Notes under the pieces: generated by a model
What the model saw: only the letters and a program-made list of their open reading frames with translations
Told to the model about the DNA's origin: nothing
Databases searched by the model: none
Source: Balamuthia mandrillaris
Taxonomy: Eukaryota
Direction: 5' to 3'
DNA: 21,479 bases
Assembly (NCBI GenBank): GCA_031835245.2
Contig: JAVKOQ020000025.1
Span: forward strand, 310,001-331,479
Translations under genes and position numbers: made by a program
Shown: positions 1 to 8,997 of the stretch, piece after piece
Numbering within the stretch: the stretch's first letter is position 1
Layout of the letters: the number at the start of each line of letters is the position of its first letter

Positions 1-420
1 CGGAGAGGACAAGAGCCTTGCGAGACTGGCTCTTGTCCACCAGATGAACGGCATAGAGCACCTCCGACGGAGAGCTCATGGGCGAGAGCCAAGCCCGTGA
101 GCACCGAAGGAGAGAGGCAGGCATCATCGCCTTGGATCCAGGAGTGCGCACTTTCATGACCACCTACAACGGCTGCGGGGAGGTCACCGAGTGGGGCAAC
201 GCGGACATCAACGAGACAGGCAAGCTGTGCCACCGCCTGGATCGCATGCAGAGTAAGGGCACCAAGGGCAACCACAGACAACGGCGCCGTCTCCGAAGGG
301 CCGCTGCTCGGCTTCGCCATAGGATCCGCCACCTGGTGGATGACCTCCACAAGAAGCTCGTGTCTTGGTTGGTAAGGAACTTCTCCCTCATCCTTCTGTC
401 AGAGTTCAGGAGCCAGCAGA
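1..420 (+). pseudogene. Fanzor2/IS607-TnpB-like nuclease fragment A (RuvC-I, bridge helix, start of RuvC-II region), with scrambled 5' part
   Basis: ORF 78.. reads GIIALDPGVRTFMTTY...RIRHLVDDLHKKLVSWLVRNFSLILLSEFRSQQ, which matches typical Fanzor2/IS607 TnpB motifs. Similarity stops at about 420, with no Zn finger or RuvC-III. Positions 72-277 are the reverse complement of 4794-5000 with 4 substitutions. Confidence 0.85.
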
Positions 421-552
421 ACGACGGATGGATGGATTTTTTTTTGGGACCCTACTCTCTACCCCAGACTTCTGAGAAAGAAACAACCACAAGCTGCTCG
501 CTGCAAGTGGTAGAGTGGGGTTGGGATTCGTATGCTCAGAAGGTGGGACATA

Positions 553-1140
553 CCTCTTGACGGGATACTCCTCTTCCTTCTCGACGGGATGCTCCTCCTG
601 ATCCTCCTGACGAGATGCTCCTCCTCCTTCTTCTTGATGGGATGCTCCTCTGCCTTCTCGACGGGATGCTCCTCCTCCTTGACGAGATGCTGCACTCCTT
701 CTTCTTGACAGGATGCTCCTCCTCCTTCTTGACGGGATGCTCCTCTTGCTCGACGGGATGCTGCCCCTCCTCCTCACCACCTTGCTCCTCTTCCTTCTTG
801 ATGAGATGCTCCTCTTCTTGACGGACGCTCCTCTTCCTTCTTGACGGGATGCTCAGCCTTCTCTTCGACAGGATGCTCCTCCTTTTCCATGGGATGCTGC
901 CCCTCCTCTAAGACGTTGTGCTATCAATCCTCCTCAACAGGACACTGTCCCTTCCCAACTCTCCGTGCTGGAGTGCCACAACTGAAGGGATGCTCCTCTC
1001 CTTGATGGGATGCTTTCCTTTCTCCTACTGCTCGTCTGGACGTCAGCTGCCCCTTGATGTCCTCCTGCAGGCCAGTATATCCATACTGCCAACCCGTGAG
1101 AGGTAGTAAACTGTTTTCCGCACTGTGGGCAACTTGCCAT
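553..1140 (-). pseudogene. Possible decayed ORF: half C2H2-like zinc finger followed by acidic EEEHPVK repeats
   Basis: ATG at 1140 gives MASCPQCGKQFTTSHGLAV (CxxCGKxF, His ligands missing). Stops and frameshifts follow, and there is a possible GTATGT donor at about 552. Confidence 0.3.
556..1020 (-). repeat. Degenerate tandem repeat, about 21-27 bp units with core GAGGAGCATCCCGTC(A/G)AG
   Basis: More than 15 copies of (ct)tgacgggatgctcctc variants on the + strand. The minus strand encodes EEEHPV(K/E)K units, with frameshifts between some units. Confidence 0.9.
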
Positions 1141-1210
1141 TCAGGCCAGCTTCCAGTAGCGTTGTGGAACAGGCGTACAGAGGTTAGTATATATCTTTTG
1201 TGGTCGGAAT

Positions 1211-1281
1211 AGCCAGTCTCAGCATCCAAGCCAGGGAGTGGAACCACAACAGCTCCATCCGCCAACTCTACTTTGGGGAGG
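1211..1281 (+). mobile_element. About 70-bp Fanzor fragment C
   Basis: agccagtctcagcatccaagccagggagtggaaccacaacagctccatccgccaactctactttggggagg matches the reverse complement of about 5117-5189, with a few substitutions and a 2-bp deletion. Confidence 0.9.
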
Positions 1282-1376
1282 TGGGTTATTTATTTCCTCT
1301 GTTTTTTTCCCTTTTAGCTTTATTTTTTCATTGTCCCATTTGATCGGCTTGATCTTAGGCATTCAAGTGCTGCCTA

Positions 1377-4300
1377 CTACTCAATCATACTAAATAAGTC
1401 ATCTACCGAGGCTTTTTTCTCTTCTATTTCGGTTGCCAGCTGTGAATGTGTTGCGGTTCCTTGTATAAACTGTGTTCAACGACAATGAGCCCAAATATAG
1501 TTTTCAAGAACAAAGAAAACATTACCTCTTTTGCCTCATCAAAAGTAACTGCACTATCTTCGGTTTCTGTGTTCATAATTAAGGATATGCCTGAGTCCAC
1601 GATTGCCCTCCAGAAGGGTTGGCCTTTGTACTTTTCCTGTAACTGAAACAAAAAGTCGTTGAATTGTTGCCCTTCTTCTTCCAAGATACAACCTTCTCGT
1701 AAAGCTTGGAGACACTCCAGAGCCTTAGGAAAGAGTTGATAGCCTAAACTATCATCAACCAGCTGAACAATTCGTTCTTTCATTTGGCCAATAGCTGCAA
1801 AGCACAGTTGTGAATAGATTGTGCTCCGAAAAGGAGAAACAAACCTTTATCCACTAGGTCAATGTCCCGGCGGGCAATCATATCCTTGAAGTCTTTTGCT
1901 GGCTTCACTGAACCAACGTCCATGCAACCTGCTGACATCAATGTTTCCCTACGAATCCAAAGTTAACAAAGGTTGATGCGCTTTGCTGGAAAAGAGACTG
2001 TACATTGATAGGATAGCAGACTCGGAGGACTGGGAAGATTTTGGCTTATCTTTTTTAACAAAATCCGTCGGGACATAGCTTTCTAACTGTACGTTCTCTG
2101 ATTCCAAGCGCTCTTTCCAGAATCGCCGCTGCTCCTTTTGAGGGGTCTCTGACGTTGCAATCGTAAGAGAAAGGCTAGTATTGGGTTATGTTTGCTGGTA
2201 CTTACCAGATTTTGCAAACGTAAATTGGTTTGAAAACTCTTCAAAACTACGTTTTGCTCCTCTAAGCAACTCTTCATCCGGCTTGATGTAGCTTTCTAGA
2301 ATAGGATCAAGCTTAGGTAGCGGCCTGTCTGGGTAGAAGGCTCGGAATTGGACACATTGGTACAAATGTTGCAAAGTAGGATTGTATGTATATTTGGGTT
2401 TTAAGGCTTCCATCGGTTCTCTGTCAAATAACAACAGAATCCATGTAAGTTTCCAGCCAGACGATAGGTTGAAAGCAAAAAAAGAAACAACAAGAAAGAA
2501 TGATACGAAGAGAAATGACAACAAAGAAAGGGTGAAAGAAGAGAGAAAAAAGACAAGAAAGAAAAGACAAGAAACAGCAAGAAACGACAGAAAGAAGACA
2601 GATACCCTTCTTCATCTTTAGCTGCGGTAATTAAGTCTAACGAGCAAATAAGATCCTCAGCTGCCTTAAGTTGTTGTGAGGTTGGAACAAGAGACTTGCG
2701 GCTTCGTCCAAATATGTCGGTTGCGTTTTCTTCTTTAATATCATCGGAAACGGCCAGGGAAGCAAAAGGATATTGACGGATATCTTCGGCAAATGGTAAT
2801 GTGGCAAAAAAGAGACACTCAAAATCGGGCTTAATATGAGGCAATAGACAACCCAAGTAGGGAAGTGCTTTTGCTCGCTTAACATAACGCACAATCGCGG
2901 CACTGTTTGTTTCGGCTAGGGCATGGACCAAAGAAGAGAGTGCCACAGCTGCATCGTTGTCACCTGGTTCAGCAACCATACATTCCACATTTCCCATAAA
3001 GTGCTGTCCTGGCAATTTGAAGAGGGTAAGCTAGGACAAAAAATACAACAAGGGTGATGATAAGGGCGGTACTTGGCACTTTGTTGGCACTTGTAAATCC
3101 TACTAGCTTGAGGCATTTGTCAGCTTCATATTTTAACACGGATTCATCAACTTCAGAAAAAGGGACCTGTTATCACAATGGACAGCGTTTTTGTTGTTAA
3201 TCCACGAGTGGTTCAATAATACCATACCATAACAGCAGCATCACAAACAGGTTTGGACGTACTAAAGTCTTGCCATACTTGTATCCTTTCACTCGTTCGT
3301 CTGGCGATATTTCCACATCCGGGTCAGCAAGGCTATGATAGGTTCGCTCCAGCCTGACTTCCATTCCCTGCGGATTGGCCGCTATTTTACAAACTCAATA
3401 CAGAGTCGCAAGAGAAAGAACTCTGCGAGATGAAGAACGTACACATTTGTGACACTGCAGACACCTTCTTCAGAGTTGGAAACTTTCGCTCCATGGTTTT
3501 GCAGTAGCTCCATACCTCAAAGAGAGAGTGTTCATGTCAATAGGGCTTGCAAGAATGAAGCAACAAGAGAGAGAGAGAGAGAGAGAGAGAGCCAAACAGG
3601 TATTCGGACGCGAGAACTAATCTCAAGGTCGCCACGAAACACTGTACGTTGTAAGACGCTATGCGAACGAAAGTAGCTCATCATCTCCAAAGCCTGGCTT
3701 ACTGGTACTACTACTCCTTCCACTTTTTCTGCAAACTGTCTGAGCAGCAACTCGTTTTCCCGCTTAATGTACACACACAGAGTTAAGAAAAGAAAGTCCA
3801 ACTCAAATGAAGGCATAGCATTAAATACCTTCCTCCTAAGCTGTTCATCCTTACGTTCACTCTCCTCTTCCTCCTCTTCTTCTTCAGCTCTCAAGTCTTC
3901 TACTTCTGCGAAGTTTACACCACTGTTATCAGCAACATAATGGGTTGCGCTTTAGCAAAGAGAGAGAGAGAGAGAGAGAATGAGAAAGACGAACGGTTGC
4001 TGCCAATACATACATAATGTTTAAACGAGCGTCCATACGCTGAAACTGTTCCACGATGGTATCAAAGTCCTCCCCATTGACCGGAGACCCCGCGTCCGTC
4101 ACCAAAAAGATGCGCTGTTGGAACCGTTTGCCTGCCGTTTTGTGGAGCAGTAAGTCCATGCCTACTATCAACGCATCAATGACTGATATGTTAAGCATTA
4201 TCAGTAACCAAAACCACTCCAGAAGTGAATAGCGAAGGAAAGAGCACACACAATCTCCTTCGGCCTTTTCTGGAGAGACACCGTCCAATTTATGGAGAAG

Positions 4301-4671
4301 CTCAAGGCTTGGTGGGCCTATCTCTTGCAGCACCGAGATGTGTTGGTAGCCATCCTCTGACAAACGGTTGTTTGTTTCTGTGATGAAAAGTTGCAGCGAA
4401 CGTGCGTTTATCCAGCCAGCGTAGTTAGTTCTGTCCACCACACATCAACAAAGGAAGGGCGTCAAACGAACGAACCTTCTGTGCCAAACAAGACGATGCC
4501 CACCTCGTCGCTCTTTCCAAAAAGTAGCTTTTGCTGGACGAGCAGGGTGACAGCCTTTATGGCAGCCTCCAATGGTGGTGGTGCCTCTCCTTCTTCCTTA
4601 CTGCCCAAGGCAGAAGTGCTGCCCATGGAACGGCCCACGTCCAATATAATAACCACCGCTTCCTTGGACAT
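1377..4671 (-). CDS. KU80: Ku80 (XRCC5), NHEJ DNA end-binding subunit; 14 exons, 754 aa
   Basis: Exons: 4671-4476, 4377-4252, 4182-4014, 3922-3829, 3762-3598, 3515-3443, 3381-3263, 3166-3073, 3008-2606, 2420-2206, 2148-2004, 1948-1845, 1794-1526, 1469-1377 (2265 nt, all introns GT-AG, frame preserved). Motifs: vWA start KEAVVIILDVGRSM, DEVGIVLFGT, FIDALIVGMD, RIFLVTD; core KGYKYGKTLVPFS, LPFAEDIRQYPF, NPTLQHLYQC; C-terminal domain KALECLQALRE; tail DDLFSMIE*. Confidence 0.95.
3566..3591. repeat. (AG)13 microsatellite in Ku80 intron 5
   Basis: Read directly from the sequence. Confidence 0.95.
3959..3978. repeat. (AG)10 microsatellite in Ku80 intron 3
   Basis: Read directly from the sequence. 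Confidence 0.95.
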
Positions 4672-4679
4672 GCTACTGT

Positions 4680-4680
<1 letters not shown>

Positions 4681-4715
<35 letters not shown>
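4681..4715. repeat. (CT)17 microsatellite, 10 nt upstream of the Ku80 ATG
   Basis: Read directly from the sequence; reads (GA)n on the Ku80 sense strand. Confidence 0.95.
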
Positions 4716-4718
<3 letters not shown>

Positions 4719-4793
4719 CTCTACCTTAGAGTTCTTTGCTTTCTTGCTCTTTGTTTGTTTTCTGTATTTTTCTAAATTTTGCTTGGAAAAATG

Positions 4794-5475
4794 GTCTGTG
4801 GTTGCCCTTGGTGCCCTTACTCTGCATGCGATCCAGGCGGTGTTACAGCTTGCCTGTCTCGTTGATGCCCGCGTTGCCCCACTCGGTGACCTCCCCGCAG
4901 CCGTTGTAGGTGGTCATGAAAGTGCGCACTCCTGGATCCAAGGCGATGATGCCTGCCTCTCTCCTTCGGTGCTCACGGGCTCGGCTCTCGCCCATGAGCT
5001 TCAAAGGCTGAGGCCCACAGAGGTAGTAATGGCCCAGTCGAGTGCCTTTCACCAGACGAACGGCATAGAGCACCTCCGACGGAACTTGTAGTTCTTGCCC
5101 CTCGCTTTGATTGGCGCCTCCCCGAAGAAGAGTTGGCGGATGGAGCTGTTGTGGTTCCACTCCCTGGCTTGGATGCTAAGAGACTGACTCTTGTCCTTCC
5201 GACCATGAAACTTCATCTTGAATCCAGTCCTGCCCGCCGCCAAGCTGGTTTTCACGCCGTTGAAGAAATCATCGACGGCGTCACTGCGAATGTATCGAGT
5301 AGTTTCCAATGCCCACGCAAGGCTCTTGTCCTCTTGCCGTTATTCGGGAATTTCTTCCTGACTTGTTCCTTCATAGGCATTCCTTTATGTTCACGATGGA
5401 ACTCCACGGCCTTGTTGTAGGTCCATCGTACTGCGCTGAACCACTTGGCCAGCGTCTTCTTTTGTTCCAAGGCGG
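4794..5475 (-). pseudogene. Fanzor2/IS607-TnpB-like nuclease fragment B (N-terminal HTH/REC/WED region to RuvC-I)
   Basis: Three frames join as EQKKTLAKWFSAVRWTYNKAVE / WALETTRYIRSDAVDDFF...FKMKFHGRKDKSQSLSI / PSEVLYAVRLVKGTRLGHYYLCGP...IIALDPGVRTFMT. There are frameshifts near 5335 and 5105, a TAA at 4845-4843, and truncation at 4794. Confidence 0.88.
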
Positions 5476-5731
5476 CCCCTACCCAGTTTAATGTTTCTTT
5501 GAAGTCCATTACAAAAATGGCTTCTTGATCAATGTCCTTTAATTTGTTCTTTTGTCAACGTGCTCCAAATGAGTACCCCAGTACCTCCTCACGTCAAGAC
5601 GTGCAGCACGTGTGCACAAACGGTGCTGTGTTTGGTCGACACAAATAAGGAAATCGTACGTTTCTACTTTTACGTAGGGTCATGCTGTAGTTTCAAACCA
5701 CCAATCAAAAATCAAACAGGAGTACTCCTAA

Positions 5732-7631
5732 ATGAACGGCCGCTGTGAAATAGTCCAGCAAGACGAGGAGAAAGAGGAGCCCGTTGAATACACGGAAGCA
5801 GTTGAGGAACGGGCAGTTATAGAAGCACTGGAGGGGGTGAGCCAACAGTCAAATGGAAAAAGTAAAAGGGAGGCAGAGCGCCAGGCCGACGAAGGAACAA
5901 GAGAGGAGCAAATAGAATCAAAGCGGCGCAATGCAAGTGCTGCAGTTTGGTTTGGCTACTGCTTTCCTCCTCCTTTTTCTTTTTTTTTTCTAACGTGGCA
6001 CATGTTTTGGTGATTGCTGAACGTTAGCACAAGGATGGAGTCAGCCCTCTCTGGTGTAGAGAGAAGGAACAGTGGGAACTCCCAAGCATTCCTTGCGGAG
6101 AAACCCTCTCTGGAGGCAATTCGCTTCTCTGCGAACAAGTATTGCAAGGCTGGCACGGGTCTGTTTGCTAGTTGGTACTTTGGGGAGGAGGCCTTGGAGG
6201 AAGTACTTACAAAAATCAACACCTGTCAAGTTGCACAGCCCCAGTCTCGGTTCTTCCTTGGGCTTGTGCAAGCAACCATGATGGGTACGTCAAAACGTTG
6301 TGCAAAGCCAGCTGCCCTCTGCTGTTCATTTAATTAACGCCAATTTGGGGCACAGGGAAAACGAGGCTCATTCTTGAACTATCAAAGAAGACTCCGCTCA
6401 TCTTGATACGCCTGGACAATACCAATGCTGCCTACCTCTCTTTGCGGCGGTTCGTTGGTGATGAAGCTCAAAAAATTAAAGTTGAAACCCACTTCGAGGA
6501 CTGGCAACTGTGCAACAGGAATATCTTCAACTACATTCGACTCTTTTTCCTATCGTACCTGATCTATGCTCAAGATTGGAAAAGTATGATTCATTCGTCC
6601 TTTTGTCAGTTTTTTTTTTTAATATTATTTTTCTCACACACAAACAGAAACGTTCCAGGATAAATTATTCGGTCAAGATCTCACTAATCTCACCGACGAA
6701 ATAGATCTCTTCAACGCGTCCTTGCTCAACGGAGGACAGATGTATGTCGATTGGGTATTTCAAAGGGAGGTGGAAAGCATTCGTGAAGGTGATCCAACGA
6801 TTGTTTCGCAGAGCATTCTGAAACGCCACCAAGAGCTGTCGGGCTACTTAAATGCACCAACTTTTGCCATAGACGAGTGCCATAAGCTGTTTAGAGGTTA
6901 CGATACCCGGGGCCTGCTCTTCCATTCTGACTACAAAGATCACAAACCCCAAACGGTCCTCGAATGGCAGCGCCATGAGCGCTTTGAAGTGCCATCAAAT
7001 AGCTACCCCTACAAACAGATCACTACCCTCTTTTCGGGTTTTCGGTGGGTGCTGGAGGAATATCTGGTTCGAGGCGAAGCTTTCCAGACCTCTATCTTTG
7101 CCTCCACTTTCTTCTCGGTATGGGAGCCCCTCCTGGACACACGCCTAAATGCGAGAGATAAGCCTTACATCAGGAGAATAATTCTTAAACAACGGCTCGA
7201 ACTCGAACATCTGAAGCTGGTGCTCTCTCAGGTCCTCCAAGGTTTGCAACAATCAAGCGACCCACTTGATGACCCAGAAATCAATGACATCCTGATGCAA
7301 TGGTGTGGACGTCCGGGATTCTTCTTCGACTTTTTACTACTGACGTTCTTGGAGGTCGCCAAAGTCAACAAAAGCCTTAGTCTGTTGGCCAAAATTAGTA
7401 AATCCCACCAAGAAGCCCAGTCAAACCTCGTTGGATCCATGCTGAACAACGCGCTCGACAGTCTTAAGAAGACTAAGGACCTCAAAACGGATCACTTAGA
7501 TTTGCCTGTCTCCAGCAAGGAACTCCACCACTTCCTCATTTTCAGCTCTCGTCTGTGTGGGGGCAACATCTTCTGCCCTGCTTCCAGTGATCTTTCTGAA
7601 CTCGTCGCAGCAGGATTTGTACTTGTAAAGG
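5732..7631 (+). pseudogene. 5' part of a spliced P-loop NTPase + restriction-endonuclease-fold gene (Crinkler/CR-effector-like), interrupted by a LINE
   Basis: Exons about 5732-5950 (first junction uncertain), about 6028-6284, 6356-6583, 6648-7631. Splicing 6284/6356 creates a Walker A-like LVQATMMGKTRL. Walker B FAIDECH and a WCGRPG motif follow. Confidence 0.75.
7620..7631 (+). repeat. LINE target-site duplication, left copy (TACTTGTAAAGG)
   Basis: Identical 12-mer at 12531-12542. Confidence 0.95.
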
Positions 7632-7641
7632 GGGGGGAAAA

Positions 7642-8997
7642 ATGCGGAAAAATAGGACTCTGCCACGCAAGAGCACTGAATTGATTGACAGTCAGGAGAG
7701 GGAACAGGTCCTACGTCGATGGGTGGATCTGGCCATGAAGGAACGTCTTAGACTGGGGACCCTAAACGGTAATCGTTCGTGGAAGCCCGCTTTGCAAGCT
7801 GTGCAAAAAGAGGCAAAGATCCCCGAGGGTTTTGTCAAAGGGGACAAGCTAAATCAGTTTCTGGAGGAAGCGTTCAAGTTGGCGGTGGAAAAGTATGGGC
7901 ACCTGAACACTACCACAGTCAAGATTCCTTCTCCCAGGGTGAACCAAAAGGAGGAGGACGACAGAGGGGCAGAGGATCAGTGTAACTCGGTAGCGGATTC
8001 GCCCCGCCGAGAGGAAGGGACAAGTGTTGTGCCCAAGGGGAAGATTGATTCGGACTCAGTCAGTGCAGACGGCGTTAAGGAGCGAACCAATAGTCAAGTG
8101 GCGCGGCTGTTTGATTGTATTAGCCGTGTTTCTCACGAGTGTGGTAAGCTCTCCGAGGCAGGCGTACTCTCACTCGCAGTGATTGTACGATTCAGGGACC
8201 TGATTGAATCCCTCGACAAGGAGATCAATAATCTTATGGTGGAAAAAGGAAGTGCAAATAGTACCAAAGGCGGCCTTACTCTGGGTTCCCAACGGTCTTA
8301 CGCGGAGGTGGTCGGATCCGCTCCGCGGTGTGATATGATTACTGCGGAAAGGAATTTCCCTCCAACGGCAACTACGGTCAGCGCGCCAAGCTTGGAATAC
8401 TGGAAGGAAGAAATGGCAAAGGAACAAGGGATATGTTGGCAGGATAACTCCAACATATACAGGAGGACGTGGACCAAAGATACAGTAACCGACCCGAACT
8501 ATTGGTCTACAGTAAAACCAAAGTATGGCTTTGCCAGTCCCTACTCCAAGGTAGGGGCGGTGGAGGGCAGATCGATTGTGGTGAGCGGTAAGGACCTTAA
8601 GAAGGAAAAGGTAAGTGAGAGGATCTTCGAGCTGGGGCTCAAGCACGTCGGAGTGTGGAAAGTAGGAGAGAAGAATGGCACGCAGCATTGGGGAGTTACT
8701 TTGGAGACGGCCCAGGCTGCCGAAGACATTATTGCGGAAAGAGCCAGGCTGTATGCTTTTACCCGCTGGTGGGTGGGCAAAGCCCGAATTGAAGAAGCCA
8801 AGAATGAAGGTAAACCGCTGTGGAAGCCTAAAGAGCAAAGAAAGATGGAGAAGAAGAAGGAAAAGGAGGAGAATGTTGGAACAGTGGCCTTGGACAGCTC
8901 TTTGGAACTCTCAAGCATCGCGCTGGCTGAGGAGGTGTATCATGGTGCTGCCAACTGGTCTGACATTGTGGAGGAGGAAGGAGAGGAGACCCAATGA
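7642..8997 (+). CDS. LINE ORF1 protein (451 aa; true start may be a later Met)
   Basis: Lies directly upstream of ORF2 inside the TSD-bounded element. It has the SYAEVV motif common in LINE ORF1, a helical segment and a possible RRM-like segment; no CCHC knuckle was seen. Confidence 0.85.
   Translation: MRKNRTLPRKSTELIDSQEREQVLRRWVDLAMKERLRLGTLNGNRSWKPALQAVQKEAKIPEGFVKGDKLNQFLEEAFKLAVEKYGHLNTTTVKIPSPRVNQKEEDDRGAEDQCNSVADSPRREEGTSVVPKGKIDSDSVSADGVKERTNSQVARLFDCISRVSHECGKLSEAGVLSLAVIVRFRDLIESLDKEINNLMVEKGSANSTKGGLTLGSQRSYAEVVGSAPRCDMITAERNFPPTATTVSAPSLEYWKEEMAKEQGICWQDNSNIYRRTWTKDTVTDPNYWSTVKPKYGFASPYSKVGAVEGRSIVVSGKDLKKEKVSERIFELGLKHVGVWKVGEKNGTQHWGVTLETAQAAEDIIAERARLYAFTRWWVGKARIEEAKNEGKPLWKPKEQRKMEKKKEKEENVGTVALDSSLELSSIALAEEVYHGAANWSDIVEEEGEETQ

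Noticed and set aside
78..560. Functional 160-aa Fanzor/TnpB protein or an omega-RNA downstream
   Set aside because: Homology ends at about 420, and the Zn finger, RuvC-III and element right end are absent from the window.
556..1020. CRISPR-like array beside a TnpB-like gene
   Set aside because: The units are degenerate and nearly contiguous, with only short purine-rich linkers and no unique 25-45 nt spacers. It is a tandem repeat.
2382..2621. Lys/Arg-rich plus-strand ORF
   Set aside because: It is the antisense reading of the pyrimidine-rich Ku80 intron 9.
72..5475. Composite TIR transposon carrying Ku80
   Set aside because: The inverted repeats are internal Fanzor coding fragments, not termini. 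No TSD or transposase was found.
1..5510. Bacterial IS605/IS607 contamination or a prokaryotic Ku
   Set aside because: The Ku gene has 13 spliceosomal introns plus the eukaryotic vWA and C-terminal domains, and the fragments are contiguous with eukaryotic TEs.
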